Assembly (NCBI GenBank): GCA_026770705.1
Contig: JANJGN010000102.1
Coordinates: 186,001 to 250,000, forward strand
Reading direction: 5' to 3'
DNA length: 64,000 bases
Source: Isurus oxyrinchus
Lineage: Eukaryota
Shown here: positions 36,301 to 49,450 of the stretch, one piece after another
How the letters are laid out: each line of letters opens with the position of its first letter
How positions within the stretch are numbered: position 1 is the stretch's first letter
Notes under the pieces: model-generated
Told to the model about the DNA's origin: nothing
Seen by the model: the letters and a program-made list of their open reading frames with translations, nothing else
The model's database searches: none
Translations under genes and position numbers: made by a program

Positions 36301-37379
36301 TAGCAGGGGGTGCCTGTGAACAAGATCTCTTGGTTTTGCCTGTTTGGTTTCTTGGTTCCTCATTGAGTGAACTTTATTTAATTATTTTTAAAAATCTTCT
36401 ACCTACTTTATTTTCAAATGACGCAGGATCAAAAAGACTGAATCTGTATGATTGGGAGGTTTCTTTCATTCTCTGTTCCTCCTTACACCACACATCTGGA
36501 GCGATAGAAGCTGACAAGAATTGTTTCTTGTGTAAAGGCTTTTCATCATGTGGCCTGCATTTTAAAATACGACAGAAACCTGTAAGTAAAATGGCTGCCA
36601 CACATGCCTACCCAAGAACAGTGCACACACACTGTCTCACTCTCTCCTTGTGTATTCCTTTCTGGAATGTGAAACTGAAGATCTTAACAGATAGGAGGCG
36701 GAGTAGACCATTCAGCCCCTTGAGCCTACTCTGCCATTCAATACGTTGACCTGCTGCCTCAATCCTGCCCTCTCCCCATATCACTTAATTCCCTGAGAGA
36801 TCAAAAATCAAACAATCTCAGTCTTCAAAATATTCAACGATGGAGCATCAGGGATAGGAAATTCCAAAGATTTCACTCTCTGCGTGAAGGTGTTTCTCCT
36901 CTTCTCAGTCCGAAATAATTAATTCCTTACCTTGAGACTGTGCCCCCGTATTTTAGATGCCCCGACCAGCAGAAACAACTCTCAGCGTCCACTCTGTCAA
37001 ATCCCTTCAGAATCTCATATGTTTCAAAGCAATTGTCTCTCATTCTTCTAAACTACAGAGAAGCAATTGTCTCTCATTCTTCTAAACTACAGGGAATATA
37101 GACCCAATTTATTCAGCCTCTCATCATAGGACAGCCCTCTCATCCCAGGGACCAATCTAGTGAGCCTTCGCTGTTCCACCTCCAATGCAAGAATATCCTT
37201 CCTTAAATATGGAATATCCCAGGTGTGGTCTCACCAAAACCCTGTACAACTGTAGCAAGACTTTTCTATTCTTGTACTCCCTTGCAACTAAGGCAAACAT
37301 GCCTTTGCTGTAGCTGCATGCTAACTTTCTGTGCTCCTCATACGAGTACACCCAAGTCTCACTAATCATCGCATTTAAA

Positions 37380-40300
37380 ACAAAAACAGAATTACCTGGA
37401 AAAACTCAGCAGGTCTGGCAGCATCAGCGGAGAAGAAAAGAGTTGACGTTTCGAGTCCTCATGACCCTTCGACAGAACTTGAGTTCGAGTCCAAGAAAGA
37501 GTTGAAATATAAGCTGGTTTAAGGTGTGTGGGGGGGGGGGCGCGGAGAGAGAGAGAGATGGAAGTGGAGGGGGGGTGTGGTTGTAGGAACAAACAAGCAG
37601 TGATAGAAGCAGATCATCAAAAGATGTCAACAACAATAGAAAAAAAGAACACATAGGTGTTAAAGTTGGTGATATTATCTAAATGAATGTGCTAATTAAG
37701 AATGGATGGTAGGGCACTCAAGGAATAGCTCTAGTGGGGATGGGGAGAGCATAAAAGATTTTAAGATATTTAAAAATAATGGAAATAGGTGGGAAAAGAA
37801 AAATCTATATAATTTATTGGAAAAAAAAGGAAGGGGAAAACAGAAAGGGGGTGGGGATGGGGGAGGGAGCTCACGACCTAAAGTTGTTGAATTCAATATT
37901 CAGTCCGGAAGGCTGTAAAGTGCCTAGTCGGAAGATGAGGTGTTGTTCCTCCAGTTTGCGTTGGGCTTCACTGGAACAATGCAGCAAGCCAAGGACAGAC
38001 ATGTGGGCAAGAGAGCAGGGTGGAGTGTTAAAATGGCAAGCGACAGGGAGGTTTGGGTCATTCTTGCGGACAGACCGCAGGTGTTCTGCAAAGCGGTCGC
38101 CCAGTTTACGTTTGGTCTCTCCAATGTAGAGGAGACCACATTGGGAGCAACGAATGCAGTAGACTAAGTTGGGAGAAATGCAAGTGAAATGCTGCTTCAC
38201 TTGAAAGGAATGTTTGGGCCCTTGGACGGTGAGGAGAGAGGAAGTGAAGGGGCAGGTGTTACATCTTTTGTGTGGGCATGGGGTGGTGCCATAGGAGGGG
38301 GGGGGGGGGCGTTGAGGAGTAGGGGGTGATGGAGGAGTGGACCAGGGTGTCCCGGAGGGAGCGATCCCTACGGAATGCCGATAGAGGGGGTGAAGGGAAG
38401 ATGTGTTTGGTGGTGGCATCATGCTGGAGTTGGCGGAAATGGCGGAGGATGATCCTTTGAATGCGGAGGCTGGTGGGGTGATAAGTGAGGACAAGGGGGA
38501 CCCTATCATGTTTCTGGGAGGGAGGAGAAGGCGTGAGGGCGGATGCGCGGGAGATGGGCCGGACACGGTTGAGGGCCCTGCCAACGACCCTGGGTGGAAA
38601 ACCTCGGTTAAGGAAGAAGGAGGACATGTCAGAGGAACTGTTTTTGAAAGTGGCATCATCGGAACAGATGCGACGGAGGCGAAGGAACTGAGAGAATGGG
38701 ATGGAGTCCTTACAGGAAGCGGGGTGTGAGGAGCTGTAGTCGAGGTAGCTGTGGGAGTCGGTGGGTTTGTAATGGATATTGGTGGACAGTCTATCACCAG
38801 AGATTGAGACAGAGAGGTCAAGGAAGGGAAGGGAAGTGTCAGAGATGGACCATGTGAAAATGATAGAGGGGTGGAGATTGGAAGCAAAATTAATAAATTT
38901 TTCCAAGTCCCGACGAGAGCATGAAGTGGCACCGAAGTAATCATCGATGTACCGGAGAAAGAGTTGTGGAAGGGGGCCGGAGTAGGACTGGAACAAGGAA
39001 TGTTCCACATACCCCATAAAGAGACAGGCATAGCTGGAGCCCATGCGGGTACCCATAGCCACACCTTTTATTTGGAGGAAGTGAGAGGAGTTGAAGGAGA
39101 AATTGTTCAGCGTGAGAACAAGTTCAGCCAGACGGAGGAGAGTAGTGGTGGATGGGGATTGTTCGGGCCTCTGTTCAAGGAAGAAGCTAAGGGCCCTCAG
39201 ACCATCCTGGTGGGGGATGGAGGTGTAGAGGGATTGGATGTCCATGGTGAAGAGGAAGCGGTTGGGGCCAGAGAACTGGAAATTGTTGATGCGACGTAAG
39301 GTGTCAGAGGAATCATGGATGTAGGTGGGAAGGGACTGGACAAGGGGAGAGAGAAGGGAGTCAAGATAACGAGAAATGAGTTCTACGGGGCAGGAGCAAG
39401 CTGAGACGATCGGTCTACCGGGGCAGTTCTGTTTGTGGATTTTGGGTAGGAGATAGAAGCGGGCCGTCCGAGGTTGGGCGACTATCAGGTTGGAAGCTGT
39501 GGGAGGGAGATCCCCAGAGGAGATGAGGTCAGTGACAGTCCTGGAAACAATGGCTTGATGTTCAGTGGTGGGGTCATGGTCCAGGGAGAGGTAGGAGGAA
39601 GTGTCTGCGAGTTGATGCTCAGCCTCCGCGAGGTAGAGGTCAGTGCGCCAGACAACAACAGCACCACCTTTGTCAGCGGGTTTGATGACAATGTCAGGGT
39701 TGGACCTGAGAGAATGGAGTGCAGTAAGTTCAGAGAGAGAGAGATTAGAATGGGTGAGAGGAGCAGAGAAATTGAGATGACTAATGTTGCACCGACAGTT
39801 CTCAATGAAAGGATCAAGAGAAGGTAAGAATCCAGAGGGAGGGGTCCAGGTGGAGGGAGAATATTGGAGGTGGGTGAAAGGATCCGTTGAATGGGGAGAG
39901 GACTCCTGCCCAAAGAAGTGAGCCCGGAGACGAAGACGGCGGAAGAAGAGTTCAGCATCATGCCGAGCCCGAAATTCATTGAGGTGAGGGCATAAGGGTA
40001 TGAAACTAAGTCCTTTGCTGAGCACTGAACGTTCAGCATCGGAGAGGGGAAGGTCAGGGGGTATAGTGAATACACAGCTGGGGCTGGGATTGGAAGATGG
40101 GGTGGGGACGGAGAGACAGGCAGGGGTGGAGGGTCCTAGATGGGTGTTGGTGTCGATGAATTGTTGGAGCTTGCGTTCCTTAGCACTTGAGAGAAAGAGA
40201 AAAAGTTTCTTGTTGAGGCGTCGGATGAGCCGAAGGATAAAATGAAACTGGGGGCACGCGCAGCTTTGAAAAAGGGTACGGCGGTGCTGCTGGAGGGAGA
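37380..40300 (-). mobile_element. Penelope-like retroelement (RT + GIY-YIG endonuclease), 5'-truncated, with one frameshift
   Basis: ORF 38259-40352 has IKPADKGGAVVV, FYLLPKIHK, GRPIVS, MDIQSLYTSIP, QIKGVAMG, LRYIDD and LPFLD. The end of ORF 37871-39064 has NLVYCIRC..CGLLYIGETKR.LGDRFAEH. Confidence 0.95.
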
Positions 40301-40486
40301 GGCATTTTAAAGCCTTTTGAAAATATTCTGCTTTTCTCACACTTCCCCACATTATACTGCAAAATTGGATACATTACTCTCGGCCTCTTTGTCTTAAGTT
40401 ATTAATGTAAATTGTAAATAATTGAGGCCCCAGCATTGATCCTGGTGACACTCCATGACATCCTGCCGGTCCTTACACAGTCTTCT

Positions 40487-40501
40487 CACTAGATGGCAGT
40501 A
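40487..40501 (+). promoter_or_regulatory. CTCF-like motif cactagatggcagta
   Basis: Close match to the CTCF core (C)CACTAGRTGGCAG in non-repeat sequence; motif match only. Confidence 0.35.
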
Positions 40502-40564
40502 TGTGATGGAAAATGCCATGTTTACCTCAACCTGGTCTCCATGCTGTTAATTGAGAAGAAGAAA

Positions 40565-41125
40565 GGCTTGCATTTCTGTAGTGCCTTCCACATCCCCTGG
40601 CCATCCAAAAGTGCTTCATAGCCATGGGAGTACTTTGTTGAATTGCAGGCACAGTTTTGTTGTAAAAAGCATGGCAGCTTTTGCGCACAGCAATCTTCCT
40701 CAAACAACAATGTAAAAATGACCAGATCACCAGTTTTTTGTAATGATGATTGAGGGATATATATTGGCCCATAATACCAGAGAGAACTCCCCTCCCCAAT
40801 TCTTCCTCAAAATGCAAATTTTTACATCTAGCTGAGAGGGCAGACAGAGCCACGGGTTTAAGTTGTTTTCTGACAATGTGGCACTCCCTCAATACTGACC
40901 CTCCAACAGTGCAGCTCTCCCTCAGTACTGACCCTCTGACAGTGCAGCTCTCCCTCAGTACTGACCCTCTGACAGTACAGTGCTCCCTCAGCACTGACCC
41001 CCTGACAGTGCAGCGCTCCCTCAGCACTGACCCTCCTCTCCCTTGCTTTTGTGCACTGGAGTGTCTACCTTGAATTTTGTGCTCAAGTCCTGGAGTGGGA
41101 CTTGAACCCATGACCTTCTGACTGT
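40565..41125 (-). mobile_element. SINE (Deu-domain-like) with a short internal ~30 bp tandem expansion (40880-41035)
   Basis: B-box gggttcaagtccc on the reverse strand; tail tgcatttctgtagtgccttccaca...aaagtgcttcatagcc. Confidence 0.65.
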
Positions 41126-42226
41126 GATGTGTGATTTTTGGATTCTAAAGGGACCAGATAATGTTGCCTGTGACAAACTGCTTCCCTTTGTCCAGAACAG
41201 TCAGGCTCGAGGCCATAGCCTGTGCTGGGAGGGTGGTAAATTCAGAACAAATCTGTGGAAATGATAGTTCAATGAACGAATAGTCAAACCTGTGGAGGAC
41301 GTTTCAGAGCGTGACAATGGAAGCAGGTATTATCAATTCTTTCAAATTAGATAAGATTTTTATCATAAAATATTTCCCAAAACTTTTGGCTTATTTTCCT
41401 TGTGCCCTCACTGGGTCTGTTGTAGATCAATCACTGCGATTAGTCAGTGATCCATTATCATTGCAGCAGTTCTCTTTTCCTAAATCACATTCCGCATGCT
41501 ACTATTCCCACCATCACAGAATGGGAGAAAGCACCCAAACAACACCAGCTCTCATTAAATAAGGAAGTGAACACAGAAAAAAATAGAGAATAATAGAGAC
41601 ACATGAGCATTCAGACCTCAAAATAGAAACAAAATCCCCATCCCTCCTAAAAGTGACCGTGAGAAGTGTGAATAAAACGTCATGGGAAGTGGACCAATTG
41701 ATGTCACTGTGAGCTTGGGTGCGGTCGCATAGCAGTTACTGGACTGGTAATTGAGAGGATCTTTAAACATGGGTTCAAATTGCACCAGAGCAGATAGGAG
41801 GGGACTTTAAATTCAATTAATTTAAAAATCTGGAATAAAAACTGGACTCTATAATGGTGACCATGTCATTGAAAACTCATCTGGTTCACTAATGTCCTTT
41901 AGGGAAGGAAATCTGCCATCCTTACCCAGTCTAGCCACATGTGACTCCAGACACACAGCAATGACGTTGACTGTAAAACCACTCTGTGAAATGGCCAAGC
42001 AAGCTGCTCGGTTGTATTCAAGAAGGTGGCTCACCAGCGCCTTCTGAAGGGACTGTTAGGGTGAGCAATAGGTACCAGGCTTGCCAGTGATGCCCACATC
42101 CGAGAATGAATAAATAACCACAGTGGGAATGAAGGGTAGTATTTTGAAACAGACTTATATTAACTCATTAACCAGTGTCACCAGAAGCATATTCGTGTAG
42201 CTAAACCAACCAGGATTTACTGAAAT

Positions 42227-43161
42227 AAAGGCAAAATACTGCAGATACTGGAAATCTGAAATAAAAACAGAAAATGCTGGAAAAACTCAGTAGGTCTGAC
42301 AGCATCTGTGGAGAGAGAGAGACAGGGATAACGTTTTGAGTCCGTATGACTCTTCTTCAGATCTAAAGGAAGGTAGAGATGTGTAATATGTACTGATTAA
42401 GGAGGCTTGTAGCGGTGAAGCTGATAGAAGGCCAACGATAGGTGGAGGCAAAGGAGACATGGCAAAAGAAGCAGACAGGTTAGAGTGGGGTGAGAGGAGC
42501 AGAGAAATTGAGATAGCTGATGTCACGCTGACAGTTCTCAATGAAAAAATCAAGGGCAGGTAAGAGGCCAGGGGGAAAGGTCCAGGTGGAGGCAGGTGAA
42601 ACGATCCATTGAACGGGGGAGGATTCCTGCCCAAAGAAGTGAGCACGGAGATGAAGGCGGCACAGGAAGAGTTCAGTATCGTGCTGAGTCCGGAATTCAT
42701 TGAGGTGAGGGCGTAAGGGTATGAAACTGAGTCCTTTGCTGAACACTGAATGGTCAGTGGGATGGGAAGGGGTGGTGGGTCCTGGATGGGCGTTGGTAAC
42801 AATGAATTGTTGGAGCTTGCGTTCCTTAGCACCTGAAAGAAAGAGACAAAGTTTCTTGTTAAGGCATCGGATGAGACAAAGAATAAAATGAAACTGGGGA
42901 CAAGGATAGCTTTGAGATAGGGTGAGGCGGTGCTGCTGGAGGGAGAAGTTGAATGTGTTCATATGGCAGTGCTGACACTGAGTGTTGATCTCAGGATGCG
43001 GAGAGAACAGCAGTCCAAGGAGCGTTGTATGTCCCAGAGATACCTGTAATCCTGGGTGGATTCAAAACATGAGGGATGGAACTTCAATTGGAATCCACGT
43101 GGGGTAAGTTGGAGATGGAGACAATCACTGAGGAAGGAAACATGGCTGTGAAAGCGATTTT
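42227..43161 (-). mobile_element. Internally deleted Penelope-like copy flanked by a 16-bp direct repeat
   Basis: Similar to the 5' part of the 37380-40300 ORF (SLQQHR...PQFHFIL.LIR.LNKKL). caggatttactgaaat occurs at both 42211-42226 and 43162-43177. Confidence 0.85.
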
Positions 43162-43248
43162 CAGGATTTACTGAAATGACTTCATGTTTGTGAAGACTGA
43201 GCTTAGTCTGTGTTCTTATCTGCGCAAGCTGACCGATTTTAAGGAGCT

Positions 43249-45496
43249 TGTTTGGGTTTTAAATGCAAAGAGCCCTACATGTCCTATCTGGCTTGTTGCG
43301 GTCATGTGACTATGTCATGAGGCAGTTTCTCTGGAGGCTGCCATCTTGACAGCAGTTCAATAAAGGCCTACAATGAGAAAGCACTGAGGAAGCACTGCTG
43401 TCTTTAAACACGAAACATGGTGTCAGAAGTGAAATTACAGAAAGTGAAAACAGAATTTAAAAAACCCTGGAACTGCTGCAGAAAAGACACAGATCAGACA
43501 CTCAGAAACGTTCAACTCTACTAAAAGCTGCTGAAAAAGGACTAGGTAAAACACATTCCGAAGGCTATAATAAATGAAAAGTGATATGTGGCTGAACTGG
43601 CATTTTTTCTACTTGCTATGACAAAGCTATGAACTTGCAATAGAGTTAATTAACAACCAGAGCCAATAAGAGTAGCCACACTTCTGACACTGCTGAGGAG
43701 GGACAGCTACAAATTGTATACCACCCTAAGTCTAACTGAAAAACAAAGAAAACAGGTGGCAGAGATTTTGAAAGCCTTGAAGAAATACTTTGAACCCGAG
43801 TGAATGTTACATATGAACGCAATGTATTCAACACTAGAGCTCAAGGAGAGACAAACCATTGAACAGTATGTGACTGCAGTAACACAGCTTGCAGAATCAT
43901 ATGTATTTGGACAGCTAAAATTTGATCTGATTAAAGATTGAATAGTCTTAGGCTTAAGAGACCCCTCAATGAGAGCAAGTCTACTTAAAGAGGAGAAACT
44001 TATGCTCAGCAAAACAATAGACGTATGTAAAAAAGCAGAGGTCAGAGCACATGTATGGCAGAGTAGACTAGGAGATACATTATGTTGAGAGACATTCTAG
44101 GCCAAAAGAATAGAGTAAGGGCAGGATGCAAATATTGCAGTTGATATCATACTAAGGAAAATAACAATTGCCCAGCATGGGGAAAGCAGTGTTTTAAGTG
44201 CAAGAAGCAGAATCATTTCGTATGCAAATGTTTGGCGAGAAAGAAGCAAAGCAAGCCTATACAGATGGCTATTGGAGAGATATCAGTAGTACATGATCCA
44301 ACAGGTTGATTCTGTAAAGTCAATGGGGGAATAAATGGTTTGTGACTGTTACAATGATGACTGCAGAAGGAGAGTATCCAGTGAACAAGAAGCGTCAGAT
44401 AGACACTGGTGCGTCATGCAAAATAATGATCTTCACAGTCCTGTGCAAAGTAGCCCAACATGGCAATCCAAAAACAAAGCCCTCAAAAATAAGGTTGAGG
44501 CTACATAATGGCAGATACTCATACTGAGAGGACAGGTTTGTCTGAGAGTCCAATGCAATGGCAAGAAGAAAAATCTAGATTCCAGATGCAACAGCCACTC
44601 ATTTCAGCTGAAGCAAGTCTAAAACTTTAGCTGGTAACCCTGAACAGAGAAAGGGTAACTAAAGACCCCAAAGGGAGGGCAGCAAAAGACCCCAGAGAGA
44701 GGGAAACAGAAGACCCAGAGAGAGGGAGACAATATTCAAGTAAACCACAAGATGGTTGCTGACCCCATCATTGCAATGAAATGCATGAGCCGAAGATAAA
44801 TGATGCAGTTCTACAGGAAAATGTTCACGTCAGAGCTGAACTGGAAGATTTGGAGCACAAGATTTAAGCTGAGTATATATAATTGAAAACGGGCAATAAA
44901 CTGAAATCTTCAATGAACCAAACTGTGCAAGACCTGATCAAACAAATTTCAGAGACGTTACTAAGGTACCAGGAGCAAATAATGACCCTCAATTCCACAG
45001 TTGGCAAAACAAAATAGGAGTTGAAAAAACTTAACCAGATGTACAGCCAGGCACAACAGCAGGCAGAAAAGGCACGTAAAGGAGTTGCCGCCCTGAAAAA
45101 CTCCTTGAAAAATCAATATGTAGCCATGAAAAAGCATGAGCTACCAACATGATCTGGAAGTTATCAACCCAGCAGAGACTGATTAGTAAAACAAACAGTT
45201 GTTAATGTGTCTGAATAGTGGGTAACTTGGGTAACTCACAGTTACATATTGCCATGCATGCAAATTTGTCTTTTGTTCTCTAGGAAAAGAGAGATGTTTG
45301 TATTTTTGTTCAGTATGAAAAGGTAGATGTTTGGGTTTGAAATGCAATCTGTTCTAGATGAACTATCTGGATTGCCGTAGTCATGTGACTATGCCATGAG
45401 GCAGTCTCTCCTGAGGCTGCCATCTTGGGAACAGTTCAATAAAGACTTACAATGAGAAAGCACTGAGGAAGCACTACTGTCTTTAAACATGAAACA
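43249..45496 (+). mobile_element. Gypsy-type LTR retrotransposon, non-autonomous (gag and protease remnants, no RT or integrase)
   Basis: 169-bp LTRs at 43249-43417 and 45328-45496 (TG...CA); 5-bp TSD GAGCT; PBS tggtgtcagaagtg; purine tract before the 3' LTR; zinc knuckle CPAWGKQCFKCKKQNHF..C near 44165-44230; protease IDTGASC near 44400. Confidence 0.93.
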
Positions 45497-45729
45497 GAGC
45501 TGTTTGGATGACTGTTTGCATGTAGAAGTTTGAGTACTCGGCCTCTGTGCTCTGACCAACGTGGGCTGACCTGGAGATTGTGAAAAAAAATTTCCACAGG
45601 CAAAGCAGTAAATACGTTCAGAACAACATCTCTACAAGCTTGAAGCTTTTCATTCTGTCAGCTAGCCAAGGAACGGGCAGCTGTCTGGCAGATCCAGAAC
45701 GGTAAATCTGTGTTTCAAAGATTTCTTTA

Positions 45730-45848
45730 TCACCCAGCTGAATTTCCCAACTCTCTAAGCTGAGAGATGCCAGTGAAAGCACTGACATATCAGAAGATAA
45801 TCAGCAGAGGCAAGATGACGTAATTAGAAGAAAGTGTACTGTCCTCCT
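45730..45848 (-). pseudogene. Possible degenerate connecting-peptide/TM exon of the alpha-chain gene (tentative)
   Basis: Good acceptor cttcttcattgcag; the phase-1 reading gives EEDSTLSSNYVILPLLIIF*YVSAFTGISQLRELGNSAG*. It matches the class II alpha TM glycine pattern only weakly and could be chance. Confidence 0.25.
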
Positions 45849-46149
45849 CTGCAATGAAGAAGTGACTGGGTTGTGTTGTTGTGGTGTTTAAACGGTCAAC
45901 CTCTGAATCACAGAATGGTTACAGCACAGCAGGAGGTTATTCAGCCCATCGTGCCCGTGCTGGCCCTCCAATGCACAGTTTACCCAGTGCCATTCCTTGA
46001 CCTTCTCTCTGTAACCCTGCACATTCTTCCTTTCCAGATAGAAGATTAATTCCTCTTAAACGCATGGATTGAACCTGCCTTCACCACACTCTCAGCCAGC
46101 GCATTCCAAAGCTTATCGTGCCCTGTGTGAGAATTATAAATCCTTTATC

Positions 46150-46930
46150 TGCAACCTGGTAATGCACTTAGGGAGGGCTAATAAGGCAAGGGATTAAACT
46201 ATGAATGGTAGGAACCTGGAAAGCGCTGAAGATCAGAGAGACCTTGGTGTACAGACCCCGAAGGTAGCAGAGCAGGTAGATAAGGTGGGTAAGAAGGGAT
46301 TTGGGATACTTGCCTTTATTAGCCAAGACATAGAATACAAGAGCAGGGAGGTTATGCAGGAACTGTATAAAATGCTGGTTAGGCTACAGCTGGAGTACTG
46401 CATGCAGTTCTGGTCACCACATTATATGAAGGATATGATTGCACTGGAGAGGGTGCAGAGGAGATTTACCATGATGCTGCCCTGGGCTGAAGGGTTTGAG
46501 CTATGAGGAAAGATTGGATAGGCTGGGGTTGTTTTCCTTGGAGCAGCGAAGGTTGAGAGGGGACCTGAAAGAGGTGTATAAGATTATGAGGGGCATAGAT
46601 AGGGTGGATAGGAAGGCACTTTTTCTATTAGAGGGGATAATAACCAGGGGGCATAGATTTAAGGTAAGAGGTAGAAGACTAAGAGGGGAATTGAGGAGAA
46701 ATTTTTTCACCCACATGTTGGAGGGTGTCTGGAACTCTCTGCCTGAAATGATGGTCGAGCCAGAAACTCTCGTTATATTTAAGAAGTATTTAGGTATTCA
46801 CTTGCATTGCCATGGCCTCCAGGGCTATGGGCCAAGCACTGGAAAATGGGATTAGTGTAGCTAGATCTTTGTTGACCGGCATGGACACGATGAACCAAGT
46901 GGCATCCTTCTATGTTGTAAACGTCTATGA
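46150..46930 (+). mobile_element. CR1-type LINE 3' fragment
   Basis: LEYCMQFWSPHY.KD.IALERVQRRFT; SYEERLDRLGLFSLEQRRLRGDL. Confidence 0.9.
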
Positions 46931-47409
46931 GTCTACCTTATATGTATTTATTAGGAATCTCTTTGTTTGTTGGGGTAGAAAATAGTAGCCATATATTGTC
47001 TCCAGATATTCGCATTTCAGTGCAGAATCTGGGTCAGCTCTTCTCCAGAGGCAAACATGTACCTATTCATTCATTGGGCCAGAAATTCCCTTGTATCTTT
47101 AATTACACGCAGAACTTGTAGATGCATGACAGAGCCAAGCTATTGCCTATGTAAGTCAGGTGTGAAATGGTTTGTTCTTCACTGTCTATCTGCCTGAATT
47201 GCGATCCTGTCTGCCGTTTTCTACAGGATTAGTATAATAAAGTTACATCAATTCTTCATTTGCCTGCTGCCCAAATTCAAACTATGCCAAGGGGAAGTAA
47301 TCCCAAATAATAGTACAGTTCAAACATAGAAGCTCCAAAGCAAAGTACTACAAGCCTGAACTGTGAGATAAAAACAGAAAATGGTGGAGATGTTCCGTAG
47401 GTCACGCCT

Positions 47410-49360
47410 AATAGAAACAGAAGGTGGCCGCTCAGCCCGTTGAGTTGGTTCCACCACCATTCAATGGAATCTTGGCTGATCTGTGATCTAATTCTCTATG
47501 CCTTTACCCCATATCCCTTAACACCATTGCACAACAAAACTCTATCAATCTCACATCTTTAAAATTGGCAGTCAACCCAGCATCAATTGTCATTTGCGAA
47601 AAGAGTTCCAAGCCCCACCACCCTTTGTGTGTAGAAATGTTTCCTCACTTCTCTCCTGAAAAGTCTGCCTCTCATTTTTAGACTTTGCCCCCTAGCCCCA
47701 GATGCTCCCAACCAGCAGAAATAATTTATCTCTCTCGACCCTTTGGAAGCGTTGTTGCAACTGTACAGGACATTGGCGAGACCGCAGCTGGACACAGTTT
47801 TGGTCCCCTTACTTGAGGAAGGATGTAGTTGCATTGTAAGCAGTTCAGAGGAGGTTCACTAGATTGATTCCAGAGGTGCGAGGCTTGTCTTATGAGGAGA
47901 GATTGAGCAGTTTAGGCCTACACTCGCTAGAGTTTAGAAGGATGAGAGGAGATCTAATTGAGGTTTTTAAGATGCTAAAGGGGATAGACAAACTAGACAT
48001 GGAGCAGATGTTTCCCCTTGTGGGGCATTCTAGAACGAGAGGCCATGGCTTAAGCGAAGGGGTGGTAGATTTAAATCAGAGATGAGGAGGAATTACTTTT
48101 CTCAAAGGGTGGTGAATCTGTGGAATTCACTACCTTAGAGTGCGGTAGATGCCGGGACGCTGAATATATTTAAGGACGAGATAGACAGATTTTTAATTAG
48201 TAATGGGTTGAAAGGTTATGGGGAGAGGGCGGAAAATTGGAGTTGAGGCCGAAATGAGATCAGCCTTGTATTGAATGGCAGGGCAGGCTCAAGGGGCTGA
48301 ATTGCCTACTCCTGCTCCTAGTCCTCATGTTCTAATGACCCAGCAGTTCCCCTTAATATCCTGAAAACTTTGATCAAACCTCCCCCTTAACCTTCTAAAT
48401 TTCAGAGATCTCCTCATAATTCAACCCTTGGAGTCCAGGGATCATTCTGGTAAATCTGTACTGAACTCCCTCCAAGGTCAATATATCCATCTTAAGGTGT
48501 GATGCCCAGAACTGCTCACAGTGACTCCAGGTGTGGTCTAACCAGGGCTTTGTGTAACTGAAACATGACTCCTACCCCCTTGTATTCTTGCCCTTGAGGT
48601 AGAAAGGCCTGCATTCTATTAGCTTTTTAAATTATTTTCTCTATTTGTTCAAGACATTTTAATGATCTCTGCCCCAAGTTTCTCTCTGGACCTTTCCACC
48701 ATATGTAAAGTCCCCTGGTTTCTCCTTTTTAAATCCAAAGTGGATGACCTCACATTTGCCGAGATTGAACTCCACTGGCTTCAACCACCAATATCTCTTT
48801 ATGACTTTGTGCTTCTGTGTACACTGCTTGCAATCCCACCTATCCATGTATCACCAATAAGTTTGGATATGTGTTTTTCTATCTCATTATCTAAATCGTT
48901 AATAAATAACGTGAATAGCTGAGGCCCCAACTCAGATTCTTTTGGGACACCATGAGTCAAATCCTGTCAATTCAGAATTCCTGCTCATTGTCCCTATCCT
49001 CTGATTCCTGGCGTTCAGGCAACTTCATAACCGGCGCAAAAATTTGCCTTCAAGCCATGAGCTTTAATTCTAGTTAGCAGTCTCTGAGAGGGAGTTTACC
49101 AAATGCCTTCGGGAAGTCCATATAAATTACACCCATAAACATTCCCATGTCCATTCCTTTAATCGCCTCTTCAAAAATTCCAGCAGGTTCGCCAGGCACA
49201 ACCTACCCTTTGCAAATCCATCCTGACTCTCTGATCAGCTGAAAATGTTTGAAGTGTTCAATCACTTCATCCTGTAAAGCAGACTCCAGTAAGTTGATGA
49301 CAACAGAGGTCAGGCCAATTGGGCTATCATTCCCTGGTTCCCCTCTCTCATCTTTCTTAA
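47410..49360 (-). mobile_element. CR1 LINE (minus strand) with a nested plus-strand CR1 at ~47750-48330
   Basis: Minus-strand CR1 RT and 3' sequence on both sides; the insert reads [30 protein letters not shown]. Confidence 0.8.
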
Positions 49361-49450
49361 GTGGAGAGAGAAACAGAGTTAACGTTTCAGGTCAAAATGT
49401 CTAAACTGGAAATATTCAGGTTTTCAGGTAACAGGTTTTAAGAAAATATA

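Noticed and set aside
36373-36579. Possible minus-strand terminal exon (ttttacttacag acceptor, AATAAA at 36407-36412 and 36373-36378) as the WA 3' UTR exon
   Set aside because: No homology support and no GU-rich downstream element; it cannot be linked to WA without transcripts.
41480-41560. Hydrophobic minus-strand reading after a long pyrimidine tract, considered as the WA TM exon
   Set aside because: The phase-compatible frames give no TM-length hydrophobic segment.
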